Source of the DNA: the human T2T-CHM13v2.0 reference genome, Homo sapiens | Strand: one strand, 5' to 3' | NCBI RefSeq assembly: GCF_009914755.1 | Contig: NC_060935.1 | Length of the DNA stretch: 64,000 bases | Part shown: positions 28,690-40,800 of the stretch, piece after piece | Layout: each line of letters opens with the position of its first letter | How positions within the stretch are numbered: position 1 is the first letter of the stretch | Made by a program: the position numbers and the translations under genes | The notes under the pieces: model-generated | Databases searched by the model: none | The model's input: the letters and a program-made list of their open reading frames with translations, nothing else | What the model was told of the DNA's origin: nothing

Positions 28690-29190
28690 TCCCTTCACCC
28701 ATCCATGCCGTCAGTGGGCTCTGACTGCTCTCCCTGAAAGAGACCCCGGATCTTCCTACTTCCCTCTTATCACTGCCACAGACCGAGACGCCACCCCAAT
28801 CCTGGCCTTGACCACAGCACCCTGACCTCTTATAATCTGTCCTGTACCTAGCAGCCAGAGTGATAATATAAAATCATCTGTCAGATCCTAAACCTCTTCT
28901 GTTTGAAAATCTCCAAGAAAATCCAGGCTATCCACAGTCTCCTCTCTGACTCTTGCCCATTTTCCCTTCCCTCACCACATTCCAGCTTTCCTGCTGTTCC
29001 TTCAACACAGCAAATTCATTCCTGCCACAGGGCCTTTGCTCCTGCAGTTTCCTCTCCCTGAATGCTCTTCCTCAGCTCCTCACACATGTCATTGTTTTCC
29101 CACATTTATCATTTCCTCATCATTTATTTCTTATCATGTGGGAACAGGGGCCTACTAAGTAGGTACTCACTAAAGACTAGTGAACAAGTG
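28690..29190 (+). mobile_element. L2 fragment in LRRC32 intron 1
   Basis: cagcagccagagtga-like and ccacagggcctttgc...ctgaatgctcttc L2 motifs. Confidence 0.65.
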
Positions 29191-29820
29191 GCAAAATCAG
29201 GGCAGAAGCTCAGCTGCAGTGGACTGAGTGGTGAGTGCCAGGTGAAGACAAGGAAGGGTCCTAGGCCCTTATTTCCCCTTCCTCTGCCAAACCCCACTCT
29301 ATCCCCAAGGTGGCCCTGTGCACATCCAGAAGGGATCGTCCCTGCAGCACATGGGCACTCTGTCCTGGCATCTGACGGGAAGGGCCCCTCAGCTGTGGGC
29401 CCTCCTCAGTGGTGCCCAAGTACAGGGTGTAGCATTTAAAGACTACTCTCTCTCAAAAAGGAGGACGGTGTCACTTAGACCCAGGCTTGCATCCAAAGCC
29501 CACCACTCACCAGCTCTGCTCCCTAAGGTAAGTCCCTTCCTTTCTTGGTGCCCCAGTGTCCTGTCTGCAGGGTAGGCAGCTGGGTTCCAGTTCTGCCACT
29601 GGCCAACCCCAACTATTGTGATGATCAGGCAAAGAATGGTGGCGAAGGTGCCCTGCATCCTCACTGTCCTTCCCAGCTGACACAGTGACCCTCGCAGGGC
29701 TGAGCATCCCAGGTGAGGTGTGCTCAGTGGGGAGGCCCCAAGCCTGCAGACAAGTGGCCTGGGCAAGAGGAGGCAGGAGAGTCGGACTCTCAGGAGTCCA
29801 ACTCAGAAAAGTGCCAAAGA

Positions 29821-29821
<1 letters not shown>

Positions 29822-29881
<60 letters not shown>

Positions 29882-29890
29882 TGAGAGAGA
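29822..29890. repeat. Compound microsatellite (TG)22(AG)n
   Basis: Directly visible. Confidence 0.98.
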
Positions 29891-29959
29891 AAGAGCAGGG
29901 GTACGGGGGGCAATGACTACTACCACAATAAGCCCACCCCTACATTTAAGGATGTTAGT

Positions 29960-30300
29960 CTTCTAAGCACTTGACCTATATCATCTCATTTAATTCTCAC
30001 AATCACCTATTGAGGAAATTACTGTAATTCCCATTTTACGGATGAGAAAACAGTTTCCGGAAAGTGAAGTGACTTACCCCCAGAGTTACCCAGCTCATAA
30101 GGGCTTTGGAGCTGGGATTTATCCAGTTCTACATGACCTGAATACTGTGTTTTCTCCAGCACATGCTGAGCCGACTGCCCCCAATAGAACTGTCTTTTTT
30201 TTGCCCATGAAGAAAAGGAGGCTCAGAGAAGTGACTTACCCAAAGTCACACAAGGAGAAAATAGCAGGGTCACGATCAGAATCCAGTTCATCTGTCTCCA
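29960..30300 (-). mobile_element. Tandem MIR copies
   Basis: cccattttacggatgagaaa...aagtgacttaccc and gaggctcagagaagtgacttacccaaagtcaca MIR cores. Confidence 0.8.
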
Positions 30301-30480
30301 AAGCAAATGTTCCCACTATACCAAATCAAGGTCTCCTTCCCTAAGCCCTGCCAACGACCCCTCACACGCAGGAGCAGGGCAGACTAGCTCACAGTCTGGC
30401 CTCTGAGGTCCTCTCTCCCTCCTCTCGGCCTCAGCTGACTTACTGGCAGAGTGGGGTCCTGGGAGAGCTGCTGCGGACGT
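30240..30480 (-). other. LRRC32: Probable alternative first exon of LRRC32, donor inside a MIR; 5' end approximate
   Basis: Consensus donor TTGG|GTAAGT at 30240/30239. Consistent with my recollection that LRRC32 has two 5' non-coding exons/promoters (not verified here). ETS, AP-1-like and kB-like motifs lie just upstream (30478-30600). Confidence 0.6.
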
Positions 30481-30869
30481 TCCTGTCAAGCAGTGAATCA
30501 CTAAGGGCAAGCCTCGTTCTGGAGACATGTGCATCCCACGGGGGAATTAGACCTTAACCCAAAGGAATGTGGCTGTGATGGCGGAATTTCAGGCAGCTCG
30601 GCGTGGGGGTGGGGGCCCCTCACATCTTACCACCCATGAAGAAGGCTGGGTTCAGAGCCCCTTGGAGAGCGGTGGGTGCCCCCTACCCCACTACGAGAAA
30701 TGGGCAGGCCATCTAGTGCTGTGGGATGGGCAGCCCCACGCCTGGCTGGGATCGGAGCGTTGCAGGAAACCTGAATTCAAATTCCGGTTTGCCCTTGCCT
30801 AGCTGTGTGTTCCTGGGCAAGTCACGGTCTTCAGGCCATTGTTTTCCCAGCTGTCAAATGGGAAGGCCG

Positions 30870-31760
30870 GCCTCACCCCTTTGCGGGAAAGATCCGCCAA
30901 GACAGGAGCGCTGGGGAACTCCCAGGGACCGAGGGAGGGTCAGCCCCGGCTCCACGCGCGCAGTGGGGATGGCGGGAGGGGAGTGTTTGGGGGGCGTCCC
31001 TTGGGACCAGCCCCCGCCTTGCGCTCGCTAGAGGCGCGCGACAGTGCGCCCCCCGAGGGCCGGCCAGCCTCGCCTGCCCGGCGGCTCCTACCTGGCTCAG
31101 CGCGGCCGCAGCTCCTCTCCCGGGCAGTCTCGGCACATTTTGCGCAAACCCGCCCCCGGGTCCCACCCCGCGCCAGACCCCGGGGTCACGGCCCGAGGAG
31201 GAGCAGGCCGCTCAGCTGCCCCACCGGAGCCCCCGCGCTCCGGCTGCAATTTAAATACCTCTCCCGCCGGCCCGCCCCGCCACGCCCCCCTCTGGCGAGG
31301 CCGTGGGGTCCTAGCGCCTGGCCCCGTGCCTCGGTTTATCCGGAGCCGGCGGGGGCGGAGTGGGGTGGGGCGGCGAAGCATCTTCACCACCCTGGGACCT
31401 CGGCCGGGAAGGGGCGGGGGCCCAGTGTGGGGGGATGAGAGGGCGGGAGGGAGAGGGGTTGCAGAGGAAGCGCCGTGGGAGCGAGGCCCATCCCAGCGGC
31501 CGCCGCACGTGCAGTTCGCGGCCCCGCGGGGTCCGGAGGGGGGCGCGGTGGCTCTAGGAGCCGCAGGTCCACAGAGGAAATCCGGCCTGGCCCCGATTTC
31601 CCAGCTGCTGGCGCCGCCGCACTTAACGCGGGGGCAAACAGGCGAGGTGACGGCGGGGCTGAATGCGGAAGGAAATGACCCTTCGCTGGCCCTGGGGCGG
31701 CCGCGGAGGGGGTTCCCCGCACCAAGCCGTCCACTCTGGTGGGTCCTGGCAGGTCACTTT
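30870..31760. promoter_or_regulatory. LRRC32: CpG island / LRRC32 promoter
   Basis: Very GC- and CpG-dense (many cgcg and gcggccgc). SP/KLF boxes cccgcccc and gccacgcccc at ~31271-31290, TATA-like 31249-31257, G-tract clusters at 31350-31460. Confidence 0.92.
31092..31226 (-). other. LRRC32: LRRC32 non-coding first exon (CpG-island promoter); 5' end approximate
   Basis: Donor CCAG|GTAGGA at 31092/31091 inside the CpG island. TATA-like TATTTAAAT (minus strand, 31249-31257) lies ~25-30 nt upstream of the inferred TSS, with GC boxes beyond it. Confidence 0.8.
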
Positions 31761-34700
31761 TCCTCTCCGGATTGTGCTCTAGTGTCTGGACCCGTACTCC
31801 TCCATCATCTGCGGGACCCTTCAACAGCCTGTGAAACGGCACCATCAAAGTCCTGTTTTCGGATGGAGAAGCTGAGGCTAGGGGTGGGGGCAGTGTGTAC
31901 ACATGAAAACCAATTGTCTGAGACTAGTAAGGTCCCTATTTATAGCTGGGGAACCTGAGGCTCAGAAAAGGTTAAATGGCGTGTCCAAAGTCAACACAGC
32001 TAATAAGAATCAGTGATTTGAGCCCAATCTGTTCATAAAGCTAAGTCTGATTCAGTTTGGGCATTATCTTGCCCGAATTTTTAAAGTACTGTGCAAATAT
32101 GGGGTGGCGGTATTGTCATTTAGATTGGAGGTTGAAGCAGATCTTTCCCAAAGCCACCTCTCTTCTAGATGCCTTGACCCTACCAAATCACAGGTACCCT
32201 GCCTTGCTGCCTGTGGACTCTAGTATGCGGGTCCCTAGAAGAGAGGGGCCCTGGCTGTCCTCCAGGTCCTGGTTCCAAGTGTAGAAGGGGCCTCTTCCAC
32301 AGTGTTTCTCTTCCCTGATCGTCACCAGCCCTGAGAGTGGGGCAGGGTGCCCCATTTTACATGCATGAAAGTGACCACCCAGGGCCTTGTGGCAAATCAG
32401 GGTAAGGCTGGGCTCAGAAGCGGGATTCCCTGAAGTCTCTACAGTTACTGCCTTTTCTTACCCCTGTTCAGTCCACTGTGGAGATGGATCTGGGGAGATG
32501 GGGTCAACCCAGAGAGGACAAGCCATGATAGCAGGTGCCATAGGGGCCTGACCTAGTCTTAGAAGAGGAAATCAGGGAAGGCTTCCCTAAGGAGGAGGCC
32601 TGAGCTGCAGTGAGGGGATGGGCAGGAGGTGCAGGTAAGGAATCTCTCAGCAGGGCCTGCGAAGGGTATCCAAACCTCTTTCCCTTCCCTCCCAGCCACC
32701 CAAGGCCTCAGATCTATGTCCACAGGGTCCTAGCTGGTCCATCCAGCCCCCTCTCTGGTCTCTAGTGCTCCATTTGGTCAAATGGAACCTCAGTGCCCCT
32801 ATCTGTAAAGTGGGAAAGATAGTAGCTACTACTTGGAGTTGGTGCTAGAACTAAGTGCAATGGATCCAGCTGGAGCCTGCACCCAGTGGTTGTTAGGCAA
32901 CTTCTCACTGCCTTTATTGTGGCAGTTGGTGGATACTCCTATATCCTGTGGGCTTCCTTTTCCAGGTCCCTGTCCAAGGGGCCAAATGTTCAGGAAAGTG
33001 CTTTGAAGCTGCCCTGCAGTATGAGCAGAGTGACTGGATCATTCGGGCAGTTCCTGGCCTTGTGTATCAGACCAGCTCCCAGCCATCCAGACCCAGGCTC
33101 GCTGAGCACTGCCTCACCCTTCCCGGAGCTGCTACCAAGCAGAAATCACTGGGCCATGGCAGAGCTTCTGCTAGGGCCCAGGAGGGCGGGGCTGGGGCTA
33201 TGGTGGGCTGGGGGTGAGTGCCCCACCTCCCACTCCCCCGCCCCCAGAGGCTGTGGTTGTGGTTAGTCAGCTCGTGGGGTTCCACCTTACTCAGTGCCCG
33301 GATGGGGCTCCCCCACATTTGAGGCAGATGGGCAACCAAGCGTGCCCACCTGCTGCAGATGCCTCTGGGGACCAGGGGCTAAAAGCCGGGAAGCCCACAG
33401 GCTCAGCGCCCCTTCCTTCATCTCTTCACTTCTTTGGCAGTCATGTTGTTGTGTGACTTTTGGCAGGTTGCTCAGCCTTCCTGACCTTGGTTTGCTGACC
33501 TGCAAAGTGAAACTAATTACAGTACCGGGTGTATGAGGATGGCCTGTAATGACACGTGTGAAGTTCCTGGTCGCGGGGGCCTTTGCTCAGTAAACATGAC
33601 CTCTCTCCTCTGGTGGGCCCAGGACAGTTGCTGAATAAAAATGCCCAATGCCTACTTTTTTGGAGCTCCCAGGCCAGATGAGAGACAGATGAGAGCACAG
33701 AGGATGATTGAGTCCAGAGGCCTTGAAGGCCAAGTCTAGGAGGCAGAGCTTGAGTCTGCAGGAGGAGGAGTGGGTGGAAACTGAGCAGACTCAGGCTTGC
33801 CTTGCAGCCATGTGGAGGGTCTTTTAAAGGCCACCAAGTCCAACTTCCCATCCAGTGTCACTTAGCTTCTGCTGGCACACCTCCAGAAATGGGGAGTTCT
33901 CCTGGGCAGCCCATCAGCAGACAGCTCAGTCTTCATGGTGTTGATATTTTTGTGGAAATGCTTCCATTCCTTCATGCATTGTCAGTGAAAATATAAGAGA
34001 TGCATCTCTTCCTGTGTCCTCGGGACTACCATTCTGTAATGAAAAAACCCACTCGGGCACCAAGTCAGGCTCAAAGCTCCCTGGGAGGATTTCACCTCAG
34101 GCCAGATTGAAACCTGAGGGTCCTACGCAGGAGCAAGTGGCCCAGAAAGGTGATGATGTGCACATCCTGTGTGACCTTGGACAAGCTGCTAAAACTCTCT
34201 GAGCCTTGCTGTCCTGATCTAACTGTAGAGCCAGAGTGGAAAGGACCATGGCACCCTAGACTGACAATTTAGTCTCCACTGCTGTTTGCTGAACCCTCAC
34301 TGTGGGTCAGTCCTTCATCTCATGTGGCAAATGAGAGTAAAGACAGCCATAGACAGCCTTCCAGTTAGGTGTCTTTATTCTCAATGACTGACCAGGAAAC
34401 TCAGAGACCTTTATTCTCAATTACTGACCAGGCTCAGAGAGGTTAAGCAACTGCCTAAAGTCACACAGCACAGCTATGGAGCCAGTAATTGAACCGAGGT
34501 CTTCTGATTTTCAGGCCAGGTCTCAGTGCAGAGATGTGGCTGTCCTCACTCCCTGCTTCTGCCCAGCACCCACATGGGCCCCTGAGAGTCTGGGAGTTCC
34601 CTCACGAGCCCCTTCTGGGCCCTGCCTTCTAGGGCAGAACCCTGGGTTCCCCAGTTCTTCCCCTGACTCCCCTCCCTTTCTCCCTAGGGCAAATGGACTC

Positions 34701-35786
34701 AGGCCACACCAGCTCTAGGCCACCTCCTGGAGGGGCAGGAGGATGTTATGAATGGCCCAGTGGTGGGGAGTAGCTGGTCTCTTGAGTGGGAATATCAAGG
34801 GCTTGCAGGACCAGGCCTGGGGCCAGGTTCTTTACTTATCCCCTGCCCATAGCCATCTGACGAGGGGAGGCCTATCTCTGCCCCCCTTTTACAGAAGAGA
34901 GATGAAGCCTGCAGGGACTCTATGACTTGCTGGTGGTCACACAGCAGACACAGTGGGCATGCCCATCCAAGTCCTCAGGCTCCAAGTCCTCATTCGTGGC
35001 CAGAGAATGAGGACTTACTCTGCGGGTTTTCTGTTCTTGATGGAGGCACAAGGCACCCCCTCATGGCAGCACTTAGCGTTACCAAGGCAGGGGAAGCAGG
35101 TGCTGGTGAGACCCCATATACCCCGCAGCCACCACACGAAAGGCTCCTGGTTCAGAGTCCCGTCAGTGACTACTGTGACTGAAGGGACTGGAGGCTCCCA
35201 GAGGCCCCAAGGGAGTTGGGGGGATGGACCAGGCAGGGCAGGATCAGAAGTGTCTCCACAACCTGATGCTGTGCTGAGCTGTGGACCATGAAACCGCAGC
35301 TTTCTGCAGCACCAGGCTGCTGGGAACCCGAGGTCTTGTGCCTTTGAGCCATGCAACTTTTTCCTCTGTTTTAACTGCTTAAAGGTTAAACCTGATGTAC
35401 CCTTTTCTTGATGATCCAGTGTTTATCACTTTGGGCTTTGGTTATGGTCTGTGAGGTCACAAAGTGTCATCTCCAAGGTACTAAAAACAGCAACGAGCCA
35501 AGGCCAGGATGAGGTGGCTGCAAACACATGAGCTCCTAAAAGCACCACTCACAGGAGCCGGGTGCTGGCATAGAGGAGGAGAGGTGGCCATAAATTTCAG
35601 AGAATCTTCCCAGCCTCCTCTAATCCCATGCCAAGAAATATGACAGATTCTAGGCCCAGAGAGGGTGAGGACGTGGCCCGAGGTCACACAGTGGGCCGAA
35701 GGTCTTATTCTCCTCCTCCACTTTCTTCCACAGGCCTCACGTGGGGTGCTCCTGGGTTCACACAGCAACCTCTTCAGAGGTCTAGC

Positions 35787-35968
35787 CCAGTTCTTCTCAA
35801 GCTTTGGCAAGCATCAGAATCCCTGAGGACTGGCTAAATAGATTGCCAGGCCCCATCCCAGAGAGTCTGGTTCAGTAGGTCAGAGGTGGGGCCCGGAATC
35901 TGCACCTCCAGCAAACCCTCAGTGGCGCTGATGCTGCCAGTCCTCAGACCACCCTTTGAGACGCACTG
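35787..35968. mobile_element. MER5A hAT MITE
   Basis: cagttcttctcaagcttt..gcatcagaatc...ggggcccggaatctgca...ctttgagacgcactg. Confidence 0.85.
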
Positions 35969-37299
35969 CTCCAGGGAAGTACCGTGATGATGAGGGGCAG
36001 GCAGGCTCTGCGGTGGGGCTCGGGGCAGGCCCTGGCCCCTGCTGTCATAGTTGCCCAGCTTTCACCTATGAAGTGGAGATAACGCCAGCCCCTCCCTCAC
36101 TGCATCGCAGAAATGAAGGAATGAAATGTAAAGGTTATGGTTAACAGGATTATTAATCTTTCTTACTGTGAGTAATTTCAAGTCGGGAAGGGTATAGGCT
36201 GGGCCAGGCAGCTTTCTAATGCAGCTGTCATATTGCAAGCCATTCAATCCTTAACTACACCCAAGAAGGTAGATATTATTATTATTATTATTATTATTAG
36301 CAGCAGCTCCATTTTGCAGATGACACATGAGGAAATGCAGCAAGGATGAGTAATTAACTTAAGCTTGCACAGCCAGTACAGGTGAGTCCAGGCAGTGGGG
36401 CTCCAGCGCCTACCCACTGAATACTCGATCATTTCGTCACTTGAAGGAGCATTAATGAGCCCAAAGAGCAAATTATCTAAACATTCTGTGTGTAGTTGTG
36501 TTCCCCCTCCCATCTTAGGTGGGGTGAGGAGGGGACTGAGAAGGGCAGAACGGAGGAAGAGAAGCAACCTGGGTTTAGGAGAGAGACCCACCCGCATTCC
36601 CATCCTCGCTGCGCCACTCACTGCTGTGTAACTTTGGGCTGGTGGCCTCACCTCTGAACCCAGTAGAGTGAGGGCAGCCATGGACAATGGACCACTAGGG
36701 CAGTTTGAAGGGTGAGTGCGTTTGTATTAAGCTGTTCCTCACCAGTCAATGGCACAGCTTGCGGTGCTCCCTGCCCCGGTCAGCATTTGAGGGTTTTGGC
36801 AGCAGCTATGGTCTTTGTGCTGGTTTGTTTCAGGGAGAGAGAAGTGGTTTTCAAGCTTTCCCTGGCTGTGGTCAGGGGATGTAGGGAGGAAACCTGCCTA
36901 GAATGTAGCTGTGGCTGCCCCTCAGGGACAGTATGGGTAGGCAGCATGAGGGTACAGCGTTCCTCAGGGGGGCAGGTGGAAGCCCTCAAGGGGCAAGTGA
37001 GGGGGCGAAGGCCTGGGCACACCCAGTTGTCACTGGGACAGGGTCTTCTTAGGCACAGGTCACAGAGCCCCCATCTTGTCCTAGTCATGTTGCCAGCTTC
37101 CTCATGACCATAGGATCTTCCTAGAGTCCTTCAAGTATTATCCATTGAGGGGAAGCTGAGGCTCTACAGGGGCAAGGAGGAGGCAAGAGGGGGCTGCCCT
37201 CTCTGCTACATTGGATTTTCACCCCCTTCCCCTATGACATTTTTCCACCTGCTGATGAGAGCCACATGCACTCGCCCCACAGACATAGTGCACCTGCAA

Positions 37300-37830
37300 C
37301 AACAGCCCAGCCACAGCCACACACACATCCTTCATATGCACCCTCAGAGGCAACATGAGATGCACAGGGCCACGACTCACGAAAGCAACAAGCATGCATC
37401 GACCTCATACACGAATTTCACGTAGGCACACACACGATTCACAAACATTCAGACATTTCAGAGACGCCCTCAAAAGTCACACAGTCACCACACATGGTTA
37501 CATACATCCTGCACAAATCCAACTCTCAATTAAACACATGTGCAAAACACAACACAAACATGTACATTGAGCATACACCGTGTACACACACTATATCCAT
37601 ACATCCTACACGAACACCACACTCACAAACATACCAGACACATTGCACACAAACACAGCTCACATCCAGTATGTACAATAAAGACTTAAAATACCAAGGC
37701 TCCCCAAACCCAGTGCACACACAGCAGAGAGCACAGATAAGCCTCTCGTCTGTGTGCATGGACGTGCACACACGCACACACGTGAGCATGCCTGTACACA
37801 CAGGCACAGGTGCACATGGTCATGGGAACT
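37300..37830. repeat. Degenerate CA-rich low-complexity tract
   Basis: Dense cacaca/catac motifs with no fixed period; a similar tract lies at 44290-44640. Confidence 0.8.
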
Positions 37831-40800
37831 AGGCTGTCATCTCGCGTGGCTTGTGACTCTGATTTTTCTCAGAAGCAGACCACACATAAGTCAAGTGGCT
37901 TCCACTAGGGCTGGTTTCCTGAAGTGAAAAAGGAAAGGAGGGGAAAGGACATAGTTTGGGCTAAATTAGTCAGACAGACTCCTTTGGCCTCCCAGGAATC
38001 TCATAATTAATCCAGCTGGGATGCTGTGAGCTTCAGGCCCTGGGAGCTGGGCTGGGGCTTCAGAATGCAGAGTACTGCATCCTGTCTCCTGAGGGATGGA
38101 TGCCAGGCCTTGTCCCCAAGCCAATCCCTCTGAAGGTCTGGAAGCTTAAAAAGGGGTTATGTGGCCTCAGGGCTGCCACTCCCTGACCTCTTCTAGGCTG
38201 TGTGACTTCAGCCTGCTTGCTGGTTTTTCTCTCCTGTGGTGCTGGGGTCAGGAGACCCGGATTTGAGGCCTGAACCTGACTCCCAAAACCAAACTTGCCT
38301 CTGCTGGCATCAGTGACCACCTGGCCTCCTGGTGGATGGGCTGTGCTTCCTGCTGGCAGAGGCAGCACCTGCCTCCTGGGGAACATTCTGGGCAAGCCCT
38401 CTTGTACACGCCCCTGTTTCACAAGCCCCTTCTGGGTCTTCCAGGTTCCCTTCAGCTGTGGCCCCCTCCTCTCATCTCCTCCTAGCCAGACCCACAAGGG
38501 AGCTACCTGCAAGAAAGCCACTCTTGCTGCCTCCATTGCCTCCACTCTCCACCTGTCTCCAGCCCCTCATTCCAGCAAGCACATCCATGGCAGAACTGCT
38601 GTGGCCGGACCGAGGGACAGTGTCCACGTCCCTTGGCTATGTTCTTCACAGCTTCCCCTCCTCCTTTAATGGCCTTCTTCCCGTGGCACCTTGGAACACC
38701 CCCTCCTGGCCCTCCTCTCTCCTCTCTTGCATCTCCTTCAGGATCCTGCTGCGGGCCCTTCTCTTCCTCCTCCACCTGATTTCTAAAGGTGGAAGCTCCC
38801 GGCTCTCACTCCCTCTTCGGCCTGGCGTTTTCTCCCCTGGCCCTTTCCCCAGGGCTGCTTCCTGGCCCAGGATCTCTTTTCCCGCTCATCCACTCAGGCC
38901 CCACATGGCAGCAAGATGGAGTCTCTCCAAAACACAGGTTTGACCAGGTCACCCTCCTGCTTAAAAGCCTTTGATGGCCCAGGGCGTCTGAGTCCACGTC
39001 ACACTTCCCGTTTTCCTGTCTCTTTCACCACACATTGGGGCCAGGTTCTATATCACGAACCCACATACATCCTCCACCATCTCCTCTCCCCTTTCTTGCT
39101 CTCCCTAGCTGTGCCCAGTTAGCTCTATCAAAGTCCCTCTCCCTCTCTCTTTCTCCTGCCTCTCCCTCCCCCTCTCTCTCTTCCTTCCCATCTATCTCTC
39201 CCTCTTTCACCTGATTTAGAGTTACCAGAGGTGAGGGCTGCAGAAACTACCTTGTGGGGTTTCCATGCCATTAAAAGGAAAAAAAAAGCCGAGCCTCCAG
39301 TTCAAAAAGCTCTTCATTTCCCTGCTACATAAGTCCAAGAGGCCAAGTGAGAGGGCATGGTGGCTGTGGGAAGAAACAGCCCTCCAGTGGGCTTCCCCAG
39401 GCGGGTGGCCAGAGTTCATTAGTTTCTCCGCCTTTTCATTCTTCCGTGTCCCACCTACCCTGCAAGTTCTGACCTTGACCTGGGCCCATAGCACACTCTG
39501 GCATCTGCCCCCTCAACTCTTCCATCCACATCCAGAGACCTGGCTGCTGGCCTTGGCTTCACCTGGCCTCACCTGCCCCGTCCTCTGCACCCTACTCCAG
39601 CTCCATTCGCTGGGCCCTACCTTGCAGCTGGTGACCTTGTCTGAGTCACCTTTTTCCATATAGTATTTGGCTGGGGCCCATAAGGCCACCAGGGTGGTGC
39701 AGGTGGTGGGGGCTTTGGAGTTGAGGTCCAGTTCTGCCACTGGCTTGCTGGGTGACCTTGGACTGAGTCTCAGTAGCTGCATCGAAAATAGAGAATAATC
39801 TTTGCCTTGCATGATGGAAGTGAGAGGTACATTGCAGATATTCCATCCACATTAGTTCCTTCTTTCTAGTGAAATAAAGACCCTCCCATGGGCTGCCCAC
39901 AGGGGAAGCCTTGGAGTCAGTGCCTGGGGAGACCTGAGCCACCCCTTTAAAGGGTTCCTGGACCTTGGACCAGTCTTGTAGTTGTTCTTTGGGTAACCAC
40001 CAATGAACAAGGAAGCTGAGGCTGGGTGCTGGTGGGCTGGGGACAACACGGAGATTTGGGGATGAGGGGTGATGGGAAAAGGATGGAGAAAGGTGAAGCA
40101 GCTGCCAGGGAAGGGACTCCGGGAAGGAGAACTGAGGCTTTAAAAAGTTCATGAAGTTTGGCTGCGTGGTGAGCCATGATGCGTTGTCTTCTCTGGCTCC
40201 CAGGAATTCTTCACCAACTCTCCATTTCTCATAGTTGCACTGGGGAGTTGGATGTGGTTTTAGTTTCTGTCAAAGTGAAGAGTGTGGGCTCAAGGTGAAC
40301 ACATGGGAAGAACAGAGACTGCCCTCATGGCCAGCTCCCACCAGCCCATGTCTGTAATAACAATTCTGAAAATATGCTGAGACGATATTGTGATGTTCCT
40401 CAAGCTGGAAGGATTTTGTACCCGGACACAATAGTGATGGGGAAGGTTATCTCCAGGCCACTGGCTCCAGGCCTTAATGGGTAAATATAACTACTAAAAG
40501 GAATACTTTTTAGAATAAAAACTCTCTAGGTTGAAACTGGGGGTCAGAGGGATTTGGAAGGACAAGACGGGCCAGGGCATAGGGATAGAAAGGGGCTGGG
40601 CAGCCAGGGGAGAGAGCTGGCAGGGCCAGCTGGCAGGAGCTCCTCAGCAAAGGCCCTTGGTCATCAGTAGTGCACACTTGCTAAGTCGAAAAGTGACGTC
40701 GCAAGGTCTGCGTTGCAGGTAGATTAGGGGTGGGAATAGAGGCAAGAGAGCAGCATGAAGCCTGGTGCCCTTGTTGTGGACCGAAGTCGGAGACCATCGT

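Noticed and set aside
30805-31958. 304-aa, 199-aa and other ORFs at the CpG island
   Set aside because: Stop-poor GC-rich DNA giving Pro/Gly/Arg/Ala low-complexity translations.
37234-37832. His/Thr-rich and Cys/Val-rich ORFs (also 44116-44689)
   Set aside because: Artefacts of CA-rich low-complexity DNA.
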